Source of the DNA: Octopus sinensis
Taxonomy: Eukaryota
DNA length: 64,000 bases
Direction of reading: 5' to 3'
Assembly: GCF_006345805.1 (NCBI RefSeq)
Contig: NC_043003.1
Coordinates: forward strand, 85,250,001-85,314,000
Part shown: positions 40,791-54,126 of the stretch, in pieces
Position numbering within the stretch: position 1 is the first letter of the stretch
Layout: every line of letters begins with the position of its first letter
Notes under the pieces: model-generated
Told to the model about the DNA's origin: nothing
What the model saw: only the letters and a program-made list of their open reading frames with translations
The model's database searches: none
Program-made: the position numbers and the translations under genes

Positions 40791-41204
40791 GACGTTTACG
40801 TTTTCATTACCGCTATTATTGATGTTCTTACTGCTATTATTGATGTTCTTATTTTAAGTATATTATTACAACGACTTTTACTATTATTACACCAGTCATT
40901 TATTCTGCTATCACTGTTGTTAGTGTTGTTGCTAGCACTACTGTCTTTACTGCTGTCATTTAATACTGTCGTTGTTATTTCTATTAACAGGACGCTGGGT
41001 TGGCAGAATCATTAGTGCGTTGTCGTATTTCTTCCAGCTTTTTATGATCTGAGTTCAAATCTCACTGAGATCAACTTTGTTTTCATCTCTCTGGAATCAA
41101 TAAAACAAAGTTCCCGTCGAATCCTAAGGTCGATGATACCCACAGGCCCCACTCGCAGTCAAAATTGCTGGCCTTGAGCCTAAATTTAGAAACCATTTCA
41201 TTAT

Positions 41205-41590
41205 TGTAGTAGTGACTGTGTGGTAAGTAGCTTGCTTACGAACCACATGGTTCCGGGTTCAATCCCACTGCGTGGCACCTTGGGCAAGTGTCTTCTTCTA
41301 TAGCCTCGGGCCGACCAAAGCCTTGTGAGTGGATTTGGTTGACGGAAACTGAAAGAAGCCCGTTGTATATATGTATATGTATATATATGTATGTGTGTGT
41401 ATATATTTGTGTGTCTGTGTTTGTCCCCCCCAACATCGCTTGACAACTTAGCGGTTCGTCAAAAGAGAGCGATAGAATAAGTACTAGGCTTACAAAGAAT
41501 AAGTCCTGGGGTCGATTTGCTCGACTAGAGGCGGTGCCCCAGCATGGCTACAGTCAAATGACTGAAACCAGTAAAGAGGTATAAGAGTAT
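41205..41590 (+). mobile_element. CORE-type SINE, near full length
   Basis: GGTAAGTAGCTTGC..CACTGCGTGGCACCTTGGGCAAGTG..GGCGGTGCCCCAGCATGG..CAAATGACTGAAAC. Confidence 0.88.
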
Positions 41591-41840
41591 TGTCAACACT
41601 TCCATGTTTATGTTGCTGTTGTTGCTGCTGTTATTCCATCTGTTATTACTACTGATATTTCTATCCATGTCTTTTTGGAGGAGATGGGGAGTATCTGCAC
41701 AGTGCTCTACCTGCTAAAAATAGAAGTCAACTCTCCCTTAAACTATCCCCTAGCGTCTTATTAAAGGACACATTGGATGATGTCCGGAGTAAACTATTCC
41801 AGAATAGTTGTGTGTGTGTGTTGTGTGTGTGTGTGTGTGT

Positions 41841-41913
<73 letters not shown>

Positions 41914-42109
41914 CACTTCAAGTGCATTTGTGTGTACCGATTAATAATATTGCCAATAGTGGTAACATTGACCTTGTTCTTGTTCAGACCTTGGTAAACC
42001 CTGTTCGAGTAGTCCTATGATGAAAGACGTTCCCACCGTAGCAATCTCGTCCTTCTTTTTTCAGACGTGACACACGTAACCTAAAACTACATTATTGAGT
42101 GTATTCTTC

Positions 42110-42520
42110 TTTTAGGAAGGACTTTCAAGCAAACACCCATGCGACTTGCTATCACTCGAATTAGAGATAAGTTTGAAGCAAATGGAATTATTTAGGATGT
42201 TCACAAGGAACGTTCCGAAAGTCCTGGATCTCGATGAGCCTCACAAAACAGGAAAGGGTGCCAGAAACGTACCCTGAATGTTCATTAAAAATTTGCGCGG
42301 CAAATGAATCGCTAAATTCGAATTTCAAAATCAAGATTCAGCAGAATACTCCACGCGCTCAAAGGACCTCACACCGCTAGAATTTTTCATTGGAATGCTT
42401 GAAATATGAAGTTTACGATGCAAAACTAGCAACAATCGACAAAAAAGTGATTAATGTCGGGGAAATCTGTAATCAACAACGCTATTGTTAACAAGTACAT
42501 GACAATATTTTTATGTAATA
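42110..42520 (+). mobile_element. Internally deleted Tc1/mariner-superfamily fragment
   Basis: TPMRLAITRIRDKFEANG (HTH-like) joined to PRSKDLTPLEFF (WPPRSPDLTPLDFF-like). Confidence 0.6.
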
Positions 42521-42609
42521 CCAGCGGTAGATATTTGTGCACTATTTGTGTAGTAGAGTACGACATGTTGCATATCAAATTTCACTGAATTAGTTTAACA
42601 TGGGACTGT

Positions 42610-42850
42610 ATGCTGGACAGTAAATATCACATGATGAGCTTAATGTGAAAAGATATACAGTACACCAAATACCGCGTGATAGTTTTAATCGAGGTTGACA
42701 CGTTGCACAGTAAATATCACGTGATGGGTTGAATGTAAGATGATATGTGACATACCATATATTGTGTGATGTTGTAATTGCTGGATGACATGCATCACAG
42801 CAAATAACACGTGACTGGGTTTAATACGAGATGATATATTGTGCATATGT
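42610..42850. repeat. Diverged 90-bp-period tandem repeat (~3 units)
   Basis: CAG(T/C)AAATA(T/A)CAC at 42618, 42708 and 42798. Confidence 0.75.
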
Positions 42851-43111
42851 TTCTAGGGTGACTCTGGCCAACGTGTAGGCGGGATTTGGCAGCTTTTTCA
42901 TATAGGTCGAGCATCCATGCAAAAACAGCTCATCGGAAACTAATTACACTTGCGAAATTAGCCTTTCGAAAGCCTTTTTTTATATCAAGATTCACACACC
43001 TCTCTTTCAAAGAGCTGATGTCAGAACCGAAAGGCTATTTATAAAAACGTAAGCAAAACTCGTGACTGACACCCCGCATTTACATGTAGCCTGTAGCTAC
43101 CATCTTCAGCC

Positions 43112-43148
43112 CTGATGAATTACTACATGACAATGAAACCACTTGGTT
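43112..43148 (+). ncRNA. Degenerate hammerhead-like motif
   Basis: CTGATGA-ATT..AAT-GAAA-CC(actt)GGT-T; no stem I partner. Confidence 0.35.
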
Positions 43149-44749
43149 CCACATCTCAGACTATCGAAAAGGTTTTCGTAGGCTTCGTTTCACAGCGAGT
43201 CGAAAAACATTTACGTATAACTCCAAGTATATATTTACTCATGCCCAATGCTATAGTGGTCCTATAAAAAATATCGTCTTTTGTTTGACCAAGACATAGC
43301 ATCACTGATAGGATACCAACTACTGAATCAGTGGATTAGCAAAATCGTTAGAGCATACAACAAAATGCCAAATTATTTAGCTACAGTCATTTGCGTTCTT
43401 ATTTCAAATCCCACTGAGATAAACATTACCTTTCATCTTTCTGGGAGGGATAAAATTAAATACCAGTCAAGTATTACAGCGTATTTAATATTCCTATAAT
43501 GCATCCTAGATTTAATATCACTATAATGCACTCAAGATCCTGAAATTGTAATTGATGATTAATTGAAAACTCTGAAGCTGGAAACCGCTACCTAAACTGA
43601 GCCAGCCTTCTTAGACTTCATGCACTGATCAACGGTTCTCTTGGCTCCAGACTTGTCTGACAAGTTAAATAATTCGTTGATTTATATCGTTGTTCAATCA
43701 ATATATATTTTTTTTCTCTTTTATTTTATTCTGATGAAACTTATCCATTACTTCAGAGAATTATGTAATTAGTTTTGTTAGTCGTACATGTCGAAGTGAA
43801 CAGACGACACTCAGAGAGCTCTGCGGAAAAAAAAAGTAATATTTCACTGGCTTACCTTCTTTTTCCACTTTTACAAGCAGAAGTTTTTCTTATTGTTGTA
43901 GAACCTAAGCCATTACCTGGACATTTGAAACTATTTATATATATATTTAGCAGATAGTCGTTTTCAATATTTTTATACGTTGCAAAACGGCTGCTTGAGA
44001 AGTAGCAAGATGAAGTACCCACTGCAGTTGTGATGACAGTTGCCTCGGTGACATAAACAAGCACGACATTTATTTATTTTTAAATGAAATAACTCAATTT
44101 AAATAAAAAACGATAAGAATTTTAAAAAATACAGGTAGAACTCCATGCCTAAACACACATTTGTACAACACAAAACATACGCGAGAAAGAGTTGAGAGCA
44201 TTCATTAACGAAAGCAAGAACAGTATGAACAGCAACGTCAACACTAATAACAGCAGCAATATTTCATCATTTTCAAACGTTGTGGATCAAAACGAAGCAA
44301 CTCAAGTTGAACCAGTTCGTAGGAAAGTAGGTATCAACGAAGTATGTAACAAAAAGCAGTGATTCCTTGTTCGACGGATTTAAAGAGTGAGGTGATAGGT
44401 AGAGAGGACTCCGTGTTCTGGACGAAGAACTTGGAGAAGAGTGTATGTTCCATTAACTGGGACAAGATATAATGAATGGAGTTTGTGTCTGTAGTTTATG
44501 ATCGAGAACGACACGGGAAAACAAGTTGTCACACACCTACCGACAGGTGGTGCCACCGTGCACGGATCTCAGGAAAACTTGGAAAAGAACCAAAGATATT
44601 GGGATGGACATTGATCTTTGTTTGCTGTCACCTTTGTGTCACAGTGCTGTCATGTGGCGGGCATGGTGGTGACCTGAAACAACATATGACTGGGTAGGTT
44701 ATATATGGACATTCAGGTTCTAACGATCTCCGGCGCTCACAAGGCTATA

Positions 44750-45697
44750 TAGGGTGGGAAAGCAAAACTTGCATTAAAAGTTACACTGATATTTCATAGC
44801 AACCACTACCCCAAACTATATGAAACCTAATGCAGAACAAAGAGTGCGTAATCAGCTAATAATAAATTTTTTTTTTTTTTTGCAGGAATATTGGAGAATA
44901 TGATTTGGTCCCTACACAAGCCGATCCGAAGACGATCTTAAGCACAGACGGAGAATCCTTGGCAACAGTTTATAACGTGAAGAAGAGAATGGACATGGGC
45001 AACGGAATTTAGAGGATGTCTGGCAAGAGTGGGCCAACAAGAAGCGGAATGAAGACTTCATCAACACCCTCAAGTTCAAACTTTCAACGGACCCAACCAT
45101 ATCCATGAGGAAGCTGGCTTCTGAACTTGAGGTGAGCTCTAAGACCATCAAAACAGGACACCGAGACATCTGCTGAATGAACCTATGAAGGCCAGGAGAT
45201 TGAAGAGGTTGAAAAAGGTTCTTACATACCTCAAGAAGAACGAGTGCACAGTGAAAACTGTGTGGGCCCAGGATGGTGATCCCAGCCATACTGCCAATAA
45301 GGTACAGAATTACTACAAATCCAACTTTGCTGCTTTCTGGCCTGCGGACTTCTGGCCTTCTTCTAGCCCGGATCTCAACCCTCTGGACTATGTGTTGGAT
45401 ATTTTGGAGCATAGCATGCCACCAACAAAACCTCCCACCCCAACATCAATTCACTGAAGGCTGCCATCGATGAAGAGTAGGCCAGAATGTCCAGTGACTT
45501 CATGGGGAAGAGTTGAGCGGGGTTCTGGGGTCGTGTGGAGGCTGCAATTGCAAACAATGAGGGCTACATAGAATAAATTATTCGTTTTGTAATTATATGT
45601 TAATGTTAACCTATTTTTGAATTACTAAACCTATTAATGCGCAATGAGAGAGTTTCAAATGTTACAGCAATTTTGCAAGTTTGGCTTCCCCAGCCTG
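44750..45697 (+). mobile_element. DD37D (maT-like) transposon, deleted
   Basis: QDGDPSH..WPSSSPDLNPLD with 37 residues between the two Asp; TIR-like AGGGTGGGAAAGCAAAACTTGCA / TGCAAGTTTGGCTTCCCCAGCCTG. Confidence 0.85.
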
Positions 45698-46500
45698 TTG
45701 CAGGTCAGTACTCTACTACAGAACTTAGAGAAGTTCAAACAATTTCAGTAAATCGAGTAAAGGTAACGGCCACTTAACGGCCTTCTTCCCAAATGAAGAG
45801 GAAAAAATAGAAATGTAGTAAACAGCAACAACAGTAACCCTTACGGTTGCTATTATTACTACTTCCAGAGTACAACGGGTTGCAATTCGCAATCCTGGCA
45901 ATATTACCATACCTCCTTTTATATTCCTTGTTTACATTCCTCTTTTATATTCTTCTTCGCATGTACCTTATAAATTATCCATGCATTAATTTATTCATAT
46001 ATTTTTCTGTCTTTTTTACGTTCTTTTTTTTTATTGTTATTCGTTACAATGTAACTTTCAGTTTGTAAAATACCACATTGTTTTACTTCGATCAACCAGG
46101 ATTCAACACTGCTCTTAATGCAACAACCGAGATTGTCTTCATTACTTTTTTATACATCTTTGCTGCTAATCCAACCTCTCCTGCCACTGATCCTAGGAAG
46201 ATATATTTTATCGACGTCCCATTCGGCTGCTGTCTACTATTCGTGGTCTTTGTTCATCTTTTGGCATTTAGCCACTGAATTTCTTCTTTGCTCTATTTGT
46301 TAATCTCAGCTCCGCGACTTATTCACTTGTTTATTACCATAATCTTGTTTTTCCTTTCAATTTGCTTTTAAAATTAAACTCTGGTCTTCTTTCTTAAATA
46401 TCATTTTTAAAATACACTTTTCATTTCATTTTCTTTGAGATGCTATGGCATGGGGAAAAAAGCATTGTGTGGATAGATGTAATGCATAAGCATACATATA

Positions 46501-47738
46501 CGAGGGACAACTGAAAAGTTCATAAGCTGACCAAGATACTGTCATGAAATGTGACCAAATGAGGTTTATTTTTCAACACAGTCCCCCTTGCAGTCCACAC
46601 ACTTCTTAAATAGGTGTGGCAGTGATTGGATCCCATTGGTGAAGAAGCTTTCATTCTGTTGGTCGAAAAAATGAAGAGCAGATATGATGTCATAATCACT
46701 GCAATCCTGGTTCTCAGCTAAATGCCTTTTCATGTTGGGGAACAGATGTTAGTCAGAGGGGCAGGGGTAAATCTGGAGAATGGAAGGGAGATCAACCTGT
46801 TCAAAGTCTCAGTCATGCACAGCGGTCATTGAAACCAAGGATTTGTGTGCTGAAGCGTTGGCCTGAAGAAACAAGACCCCTTTCGTCAGTTTTCCTGTGC
46901 GTATGATCTTGATAGGCTTTCGTAACTGCCTCAAAGATTACATAGAACTCTCCAAGATAGTCAATAAACACAATGTCTTTTGCATCCCAAAAAACTGAGG
47001 TCATCACCTTCCCTACAGATGAAAAGATTTTTTACCTTCTTTGGAACAGGTGATGAGGAGTGTTTCCACTGCATAGATTGTCTCTTTGTCTGTGGCTCAA
47101 AGTGATGAACCCAACACTCATGTTCGGTCAAAAAACATTCAAGGGAACAAGTTGTATCTGCCTCAAACAACGTCAGATTCTCCTGTGATGTGATCGGCCT
47201 GATGCGCTTTTGGTCAGATGTCATATGGGGCGGCACCCGTCAGGCACAAACCTTCATCATGCCAAGTTCGTTATGAAGAATATTCTCAACTCTTTTTCGA
47301 GATAGGCTAATAGCATTGGCTGTCATCCATCACCATGTGATGAATACATTCAATATTTTCCTCGATCATGACAGTTGTTGGACGTCCAGACCTTGGTTAA
47401 TCTTCAAGATTCTCTCTTCTCCTCCTAAATTCGACCACCCACTTTTGTACTGATGACAAAGCTGGAACGTCATCCTCTAATATAGCAATCATGTCACCAT
47501 AAATGTCTTTGGGGGCGAAACCGTTTTTCTGCAGATAACGGATACCAAATTTTGACGGTTTTCTATAGAAGTCAGTATTAGTTACATTTAAAGTCTTCTT
47601 TGGACAGTCAAATATCAGTTTACCTGGAAAGAAACAATGTAGATACTAATAAGGAGAGTTGAAATAATGCATGCAATATTTCACAGCTCTAGCATCACTC
47701 CTTCAGAGGTAGCCTATCAAATTTTCAGCCTACCCTCG
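46501..47738 (-). mobile_element. Full-length degenerate mariner (irritans-like TIR)
   Basis: TA-CGAGGG...CCCTCG-TA ends; ECWVHHFEPQTKRQSMQWKH and MTSVFWDAKDIVFIDYL; 1238 bp. Confidence 0.93.
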
Positions 47739-47752
47739 TATGTATAATATAT

Positions 47753-47805
<53 letters not shown>

Positions 47806-48054
47806 AAAGTTATTTTATTCCACAAGAGTAGAAATATAGGAAAAATAGAAGTTGAAAATGCACTTAAAAAAATTAAAATACTTTTTTATTAATATATTTA
47901 AAGCTTTAATCGATTTCACAGTTTACACTGATTTTCAAAAACTTGAAATAGAAAGACGTGGTTTATGTCGCAGTTGTCTTGCTTTTGACTAGTGTTTGAA
48001 GCTTGTCCTATTTTTACAGGGAGTTCGTGACTCATTTTTTTCTACTGGAAGCAC

Positions 48055-48250
48055 AGGGCTTCAAATTTGGGTGGAGGGATTAAGTCGATTACATCGACCC
48101 CAGTGCGAACCTGGTACTTATTTAATCGACCCCGAAAGGATGAAAGGCAAAGTCGACCTCGGCGGAATTTGAACTCAGAATGTAGCAGCAGACGAAATAC
48201 CGCTAAGCATTTCGCCCAACATGCTACCGAGTCTGCCAGCTCGTCGCCTA
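48055..48250 (-). mobile_element. Meta-like SINE monomer
   Basis: Reverse complement of the 15.9-kb unit. Confidence 0.85.
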
Positions 48251-48300
48251 AGTACATGGCTCAAATTAGTATATGTTTTGAATAAGATTTGATTGGTAGA

Positions 48301-48338
<38 letters not shown>

Positions 48339-48594
48339 CGACACATACATACATATTGGTGCACCTGAGCACTGTATACAATAATTTCATTATTATACAT
48401 ACATACATACATAAACATGAATCAATGTTCCAGGTTGGCAACTGTTCAAAATCGCACAAAGCTAATAAATGAAATCCTAGCTGAATGCTACTTATACAAA
48501 CTGTTGAAAATCAGCCATGAATATAATATTCCTTTCGCCACTAAACTGAATCTATCCAGTTCTAATTACAATAGTGGATAAACTAAACATCAGC

Positions 48595-49602
48595 GGGGAT
48601 TTTTTTCCCGACCTCAACCTTTTCTGGATCTTTTCATTTGTGAAGCCAGTTTTTCCAAATTTTTCCTACTGAACCAAACAATTTGAAACTTCGTATACTG
48701 GTAGAATGTGTCAAAAGTAGACTTAATTGTAAACCAGAATGAAAACGGAATTGTAACTTCTAAGTTTAACATTGTTTAATAATTAGAATTTTAACCAATG
48801 GTATTCCGTCTTTCGGCTTCATATTATTTACTCCGTCTCGACCACCAATTTGGTGACGTAGTAAACATATGGTATGTAAATAAATGTAAACAAAACAATA
48901 ACGATGAAATTTTTTACTCGGTGTATGTGTATATGTATGAATGTATGTATGTATGAATGTATGTATGTATGCGTGTATGTATCTATGTATGTGTGTGTGT
49001 GTGTGTGTATGTGTGTGTGTATGTATGTGTGTGTATGTATGTATGTATGTATGTATGTATGGCCGATTCGGTGTTTAGTTTTTTCGAGTGAATACTCGGT
49101 GTATGTGTATGTGTATGTATCTATGTATCTATGTGTGTGTGTATGTATCTATGTATGTATGTGTGTGTATGTATGTGTGTGTGTGTGTATCTATGTGTGT
49201 GTGTGCGTGTGTCACACATGTATGTATGGCCGATTCAGTGTTTAGTTTTTTCGAGTGAATACTCGGTGTATGTGTATCTGTATGTATGTGTGTGTGTGTG
49301 TATGTATCTATGTATGTATGTATGTGTGTAGCCTCAAATGTGCACAGTTGCCTACGTCACAAAACTGCTTTCTACGTCACACTAACAGAATGCAGTAACG
49401 TATTAAATATGAAAACAAGCAATCTCATTGGTTAAAATTCGCAGTTTTAATCAACGATTAAAGTCATAAAATAGATTTTTCTCAAATAAACTAGTTCCAA
49501 CTTGTGTCTTGTTTTGAAACACTGTACCAGCATACGAAGTTTCAAATTATTTAGTTAAGTAGAAAGATCTGGGCTCCTGGCCACACAATTGAAAAGATCC
49601 CC
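48595..49602. mobile_element. Non-autonomous TIR DNA element with microsatellite core
   Basis: GGGGAT...ATCCCC ends; inverted TTTGAAACTTCGTAT..TGGT / ACCA..ATACGAAGTTTCAAA. A further copy starts near 50903. Confidence 0.6.
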
Positions 49603-52600
49603 TTTTCTTTCACTTTTACTATTATTGGTCTCTTATCACCTCGATATTTGTAGAACTTTTCGCGAGTTCACGTTAAAATCTATACGAGGTGTTTATTTTT
49701 AAACCTGCACGTTCCCTCGCCTCCCAAATGCATTTACTGTTTTGGGTTGATTTTTGTTTTATCATTGCTGTCTTTGTTGATGGTTAACCACTAGAGACAC
49801 GTGTTTCGATTCTCTTAAGTAAGTTTGTTTACTTTTTCCGTATCTCAGGGCAGTAGCCAAGCTGAGGCAGAGGAGGCAGTTGATGATAAAAGTGAGCCTA
49901 GTATTGAAAATCATGGGATGTTAAAATATTTGTTTTTGTGTTATTTTGATTTTATCAAGGAGCTGACAATAAATAATAATGACTTAAGATAGTAAATTTA
50001 GTTTTAGGCTAATATAATGAATGACCTTTCACAGTGGTAGTTAAAGCATGTAAAGTGACTACTTATTGAATGTTCTCTCACACACCCTGACCCCAGGTAT
50101 TTTGGCCATCTGGCTGTGGGCTATTTTTGGACATGACTGTCTGCTTGCCTGGGAATTCCTGCCATTGCTTGGTGGAGCGATTTTTTAATGCCTGTGAGAT
50201 CACACTCCTCATTGTAGGGTGAGGAAGAGAGGTTTTGGATTGGGAATTGGTGTATTTACTGTAACCATTTGCTCAACATTACACTTAACAGGATGTATAC
50301 TTGGAAGGATCCTCCTTGTAAACGTGCAAAAATAAGCGATTATTGCAAACGAGTACCATCAAACATATAAGTATCCTTAATATACTGAAAAAGGGTAAAA
50401 CAAATTGTTTCCTGTAAAAACCTGAACTGTGTTCCTCCTCTATGGCCTTTTGTCAGCAGACCTTATCTATTATTGACCCATCCATCGTCTGTTTGTTCAT
50501 CAAATTCTTCTACAATGGCTTCTCTTAAACTGTTGGCCCAAATGGGACCAGATTTTATGATAGTACCTGGTTTGGTCCTCTATCAAGTTTGTTAAACTTG
50601 TGCTGATTCAGCAATTGTTTACCATTCTTTGAACAAATTACTTAACAATCTTCTTCTTTGAAACTATTGGCTCTATTGTCAGAACAAATTACTGGAGTGT
50701 TCCTTGGGTAGTCCCCTAGAAACTTAATTGATATGTTATTAATTGGATGGGTTTTTTTATTTAATAGAAAATCTATTTTATAGAAAACACATAAGGACTT
50801 TTCATTTTCTATATGTTTTCCATGATATTTCCCGGTCAGATTCATCAAGACAAATGCCAAATGACAGCGAGAGGTTTACTGTACTGGGCAAATTACAAAG
50901 ATGGGATCTCTTCAGTTTCGCTGACAGATTAATTTTTTTTTAACTAAACAGTTTGAAACTTCGTATACTGGTTTAATATCTCACGTTGAACACGGTTTAC
51001 TTTCAACATTTCTGACAAAATTTCGTATTCTAGAAGTTATTTCGTGTTAAAGTTGTCATATTTGGGTAATTTTAATCAATCAACGACGTGCATTCAGCTG
51101 AAGAAAGCTACTGCTGTTTGCGATAGTAATCACAGAGCAACAACTTCTGGGTAGTCTCTACTAAATGTCACCACACTGTTCTATTTCATTTTTGTTTACT
51201 GCCTGTGTTGCATATTACACGCTTTTTATATTTTTGGTTCTCGCGTCGGAGCAACCAGTAAACATCAAAGAATCAACACCAAGAAGGAAGAAATATTATT
51301 TATATATAATTATTCGTTTGAAAGAGAATTTCACGTAAGCACGTTATTCCCTCGTTTCAGCCATCGCAAAAATCGATGAACAGGGAAGAAGCACTACAAA
51401 ACAAAGACACAACACGTGGCAGTATGACTTTACTCGAAGACGCCGGTTGGAAGACGGCCTGACGGTCACATTTAGTGACCGATAGCGGCGAAAGCCTGAA
51501 CTACAACGAGTTTGTACCTCAGAGAACGTTTCCGGTTACTTTTGGGTACCCACTCGTATGTACGTAGGTATGCATGACTTTTTATCAGTGTTGTAGCTGA
51601 GGTCATCCCGTTTTAATTTCCATGCACAGTATATATGGAAATACATTATAAGAAGTATCCTCCTTATATTTAGGACGATAATGTTTGATTTTAATGAGTC
51701 GTGATGATTAATTGTAGCTGTTTCAGTTACAATGTAATGCCTCCACTATTGTTTCAATGTCTGTGTACGTGTATGCATATTTGTTTCTTTAGACAAATAA
51801 GTCTTAGAGCGCGCAACAAAAACACACATACTGAGTCAATGAAATTTATATAGGTCGCTCAACAAGTGAAGAATAACAGCCATCTTGCCCTCGTATAATC
51901 CTCTACTGTTTCAAAGAAGGACACATTAGTTTGGATTATAACTGCACACAAAAATGTCCATGTGGTTAGAGCTGTATCGCTTTGATGACACGTCCCCTTC
52001 AATTAAGACCGACCATGGGTTAAACTACAACAATTGTAGCAGTAACAATAGCAACACGATGTTTCTCATAAACGATATAATTGAGAGAAAAATATCTTAG
52101 AGGGTCGATTTACCGACTAAATACAAACACGTTAGGGTCTCATATTATAATAACTTATCACGGTATCGAGTAGACTATTGTTGTACATCGCTGGTCATAA
52201 GGCACTTCCTCACGTTGTTGTAGCTTTCGAACGATGCACTCCTGCTTATTAGATCATCATTCCCACTAAACAATACGCCGATCCGACACAAGGTAAATCA
52301 ACGTGGAATGAAGTGCTTTGCTCGAGAAAAGAACGCACCGCCCAGTTCAAGAATCGAAGCTACGATCTAATGATCGTGAGTGCAACACCCTCACCACTGG
52401 GCCACGCGCTTTCACATATTGTAATACAGTGAGCGGATAAACTTCCATCGACTTCTGTTATTCGAATATTCAGCCAGAGAATACGACGAAAATTTGCTTT
52501 GACTATCATAGTTGGCTAAAGTTTTATAACTCACTACAACACATTTCAGTCACCAAAGAAATAAACAGGAAATTGTTTGCTAATTATATACCGAAAAGAA

Positions 52601-52613
52601 GATTTTATAACAT

Positions 52614-52684
<71 letters not shown>

Positions 52685-53091
52685 TGTGTGTGTAATAAAT
52701 AAAAGATTAACACCGCCTTCTATTCTATTTAACTGACAAAGTTGAAGTCAAACACAGTGATCAAACATAATTAATGGTATCTTAATATCTGTTGCTTGAT
52801 ATGATAATTAGAAGACACGATCTAAAATGGACTGATAAGAGTTTAGAAACAAAATATTCACCCTTGTGTCTTCTGTTTAATCTTTTTTTTTAATAGCAGC
52901 CACACTGAATAGAATTGTTCTTTGTTATGCATTTTACTCATTCTTGTTTTGTTTCAAGTGCTGTGTGTCAATGAAGGAACTGGAGATGCTAAAAGAAGTC
53001 TTATCAAAAGACTATATATTACACATACATACATGCTTATATATATACATACATGCATACGGATGTATGCATGTATGTATGTACATGTATG

Positions 53092-53156
<65 letters not shown>

Positions 53157-53321
53157 CTTTATTTTAAGCAGCAGAAAATTCAACAAAATCTGTTACTCTG
53201 AGTTTCTCGTTGCCGTTCATCAGACAGTTTTTGCTAGATTCTAGCAAAAACTGTCTGATGAACGGCAACGAGAAACTCAGAGTAACAGATTTTGTTGAAT
53301 TTTCTGCTGCTTAAAATAAAG
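53157..53321. repeat. Perfect 82-bp-arm palindrome, 1-nt spacer
   Basis: Arms 53157-53238 and 53240-53321 checked base by base. Confidence 0.98.
53242..53297 (+). ncRNA. Type I hammerhead candidate (mirror copy 53181-53236 on minus)
   Basis: Stem I CTGT/ACAG plus 8 more bp; CTGATGA (53255-53261); A-CG(gcaa)CG-A; GAAA; ACT(cag)AGT; GUA at 53282-53284. Confidence 0.75.
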
Positions 53322-53422
53322 CATATTACTCTACCACTGGTATTTGAGTACTCTTTTTTCCACCTTGTTTCACATTTATGTGTTTACTCCGGTATATATA
53401 TATATATATATATATAATATAA

Positions 53423-53647
53423 ACAGCAGTTTGCAACGTTTCACCAAAAGGAGAATTATAATTGTCACTAAATGTGACTAGGGTGTTAGAAACTCTTACA
53501 TTGCTAGAAATAAGAGTTAAATGTTTTAATGCTGTAGTCAACGTACATAAATATAAACATATACACTAACAGGGATCTTAATCAGCCCTAGTCACATTTA
53601 GTGACAATAATAATTCTCCTTTTTCGTGAAACATTGCAAACTTCTGT
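53423..53647. repeat. ~60-bp-arm inverted repeat
   Basis: 53423-53483 versus 53586-53647; each arm contains the GTCAC-taaat/attta-GTGAC hairpin. Confidence 0.85.
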
Positions 53648-53926
53648 ATGTATTAATTTCACGTATATACGTTAGCAAATCGCTATATCATCCGTTAATT
53701 TGGATGACGAAAACATATATACTAATAGAAAAGCAAGTCCAAAAAGAGCCAAACTTTCGAGACAGTCTTAATTGATGGGTCAACGGAAATTGCTGAAACT
53801 GAAGTCAGTATTAAGAAATCTCAATCGGCATATGTTTACATTTATGTGTTATGTGCGTTGATTGCAACATTAGAGAATTTTAGACCTTACCTCTAGCAAT
53901 ATAGGTATATAGGTATTTCTATCACC

Positions 53927-54062
53927 CTAATCACATTTAGTGACAATTTTCTGTTGAAGAGCGTAGGCTCGAAACGTAAAAGACTTTCTCACTTTCCCGA
54001 GCGTCAAACTAAAACATCTGTCTACCAGTCTTCGTCTTTTGTTTTTCTGTAAATTCAAACTA
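53927..54062 (+). mobile_element. Penelope-like terminal fragment with hammerhead-like motif
   Basis: TTTT-CTGTTGA-A-GAGC(gtag)GCTC-GAAA-CGT-A-AAAG at 53947-53982. Confidence 0.55.
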
Positions 54063-54126
54063 TATATGTGTGTGTGTGTGTATGTGAGCTTTTCGTCTCT
54101 CCACCTTCGTTACTTTGTAATTTTCA

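Noticed and set aside
53423-53647. Tc1/mariner MITE assignment
   Set aside because: No clean TA TSD, and the arms share sequence with PLE termini.
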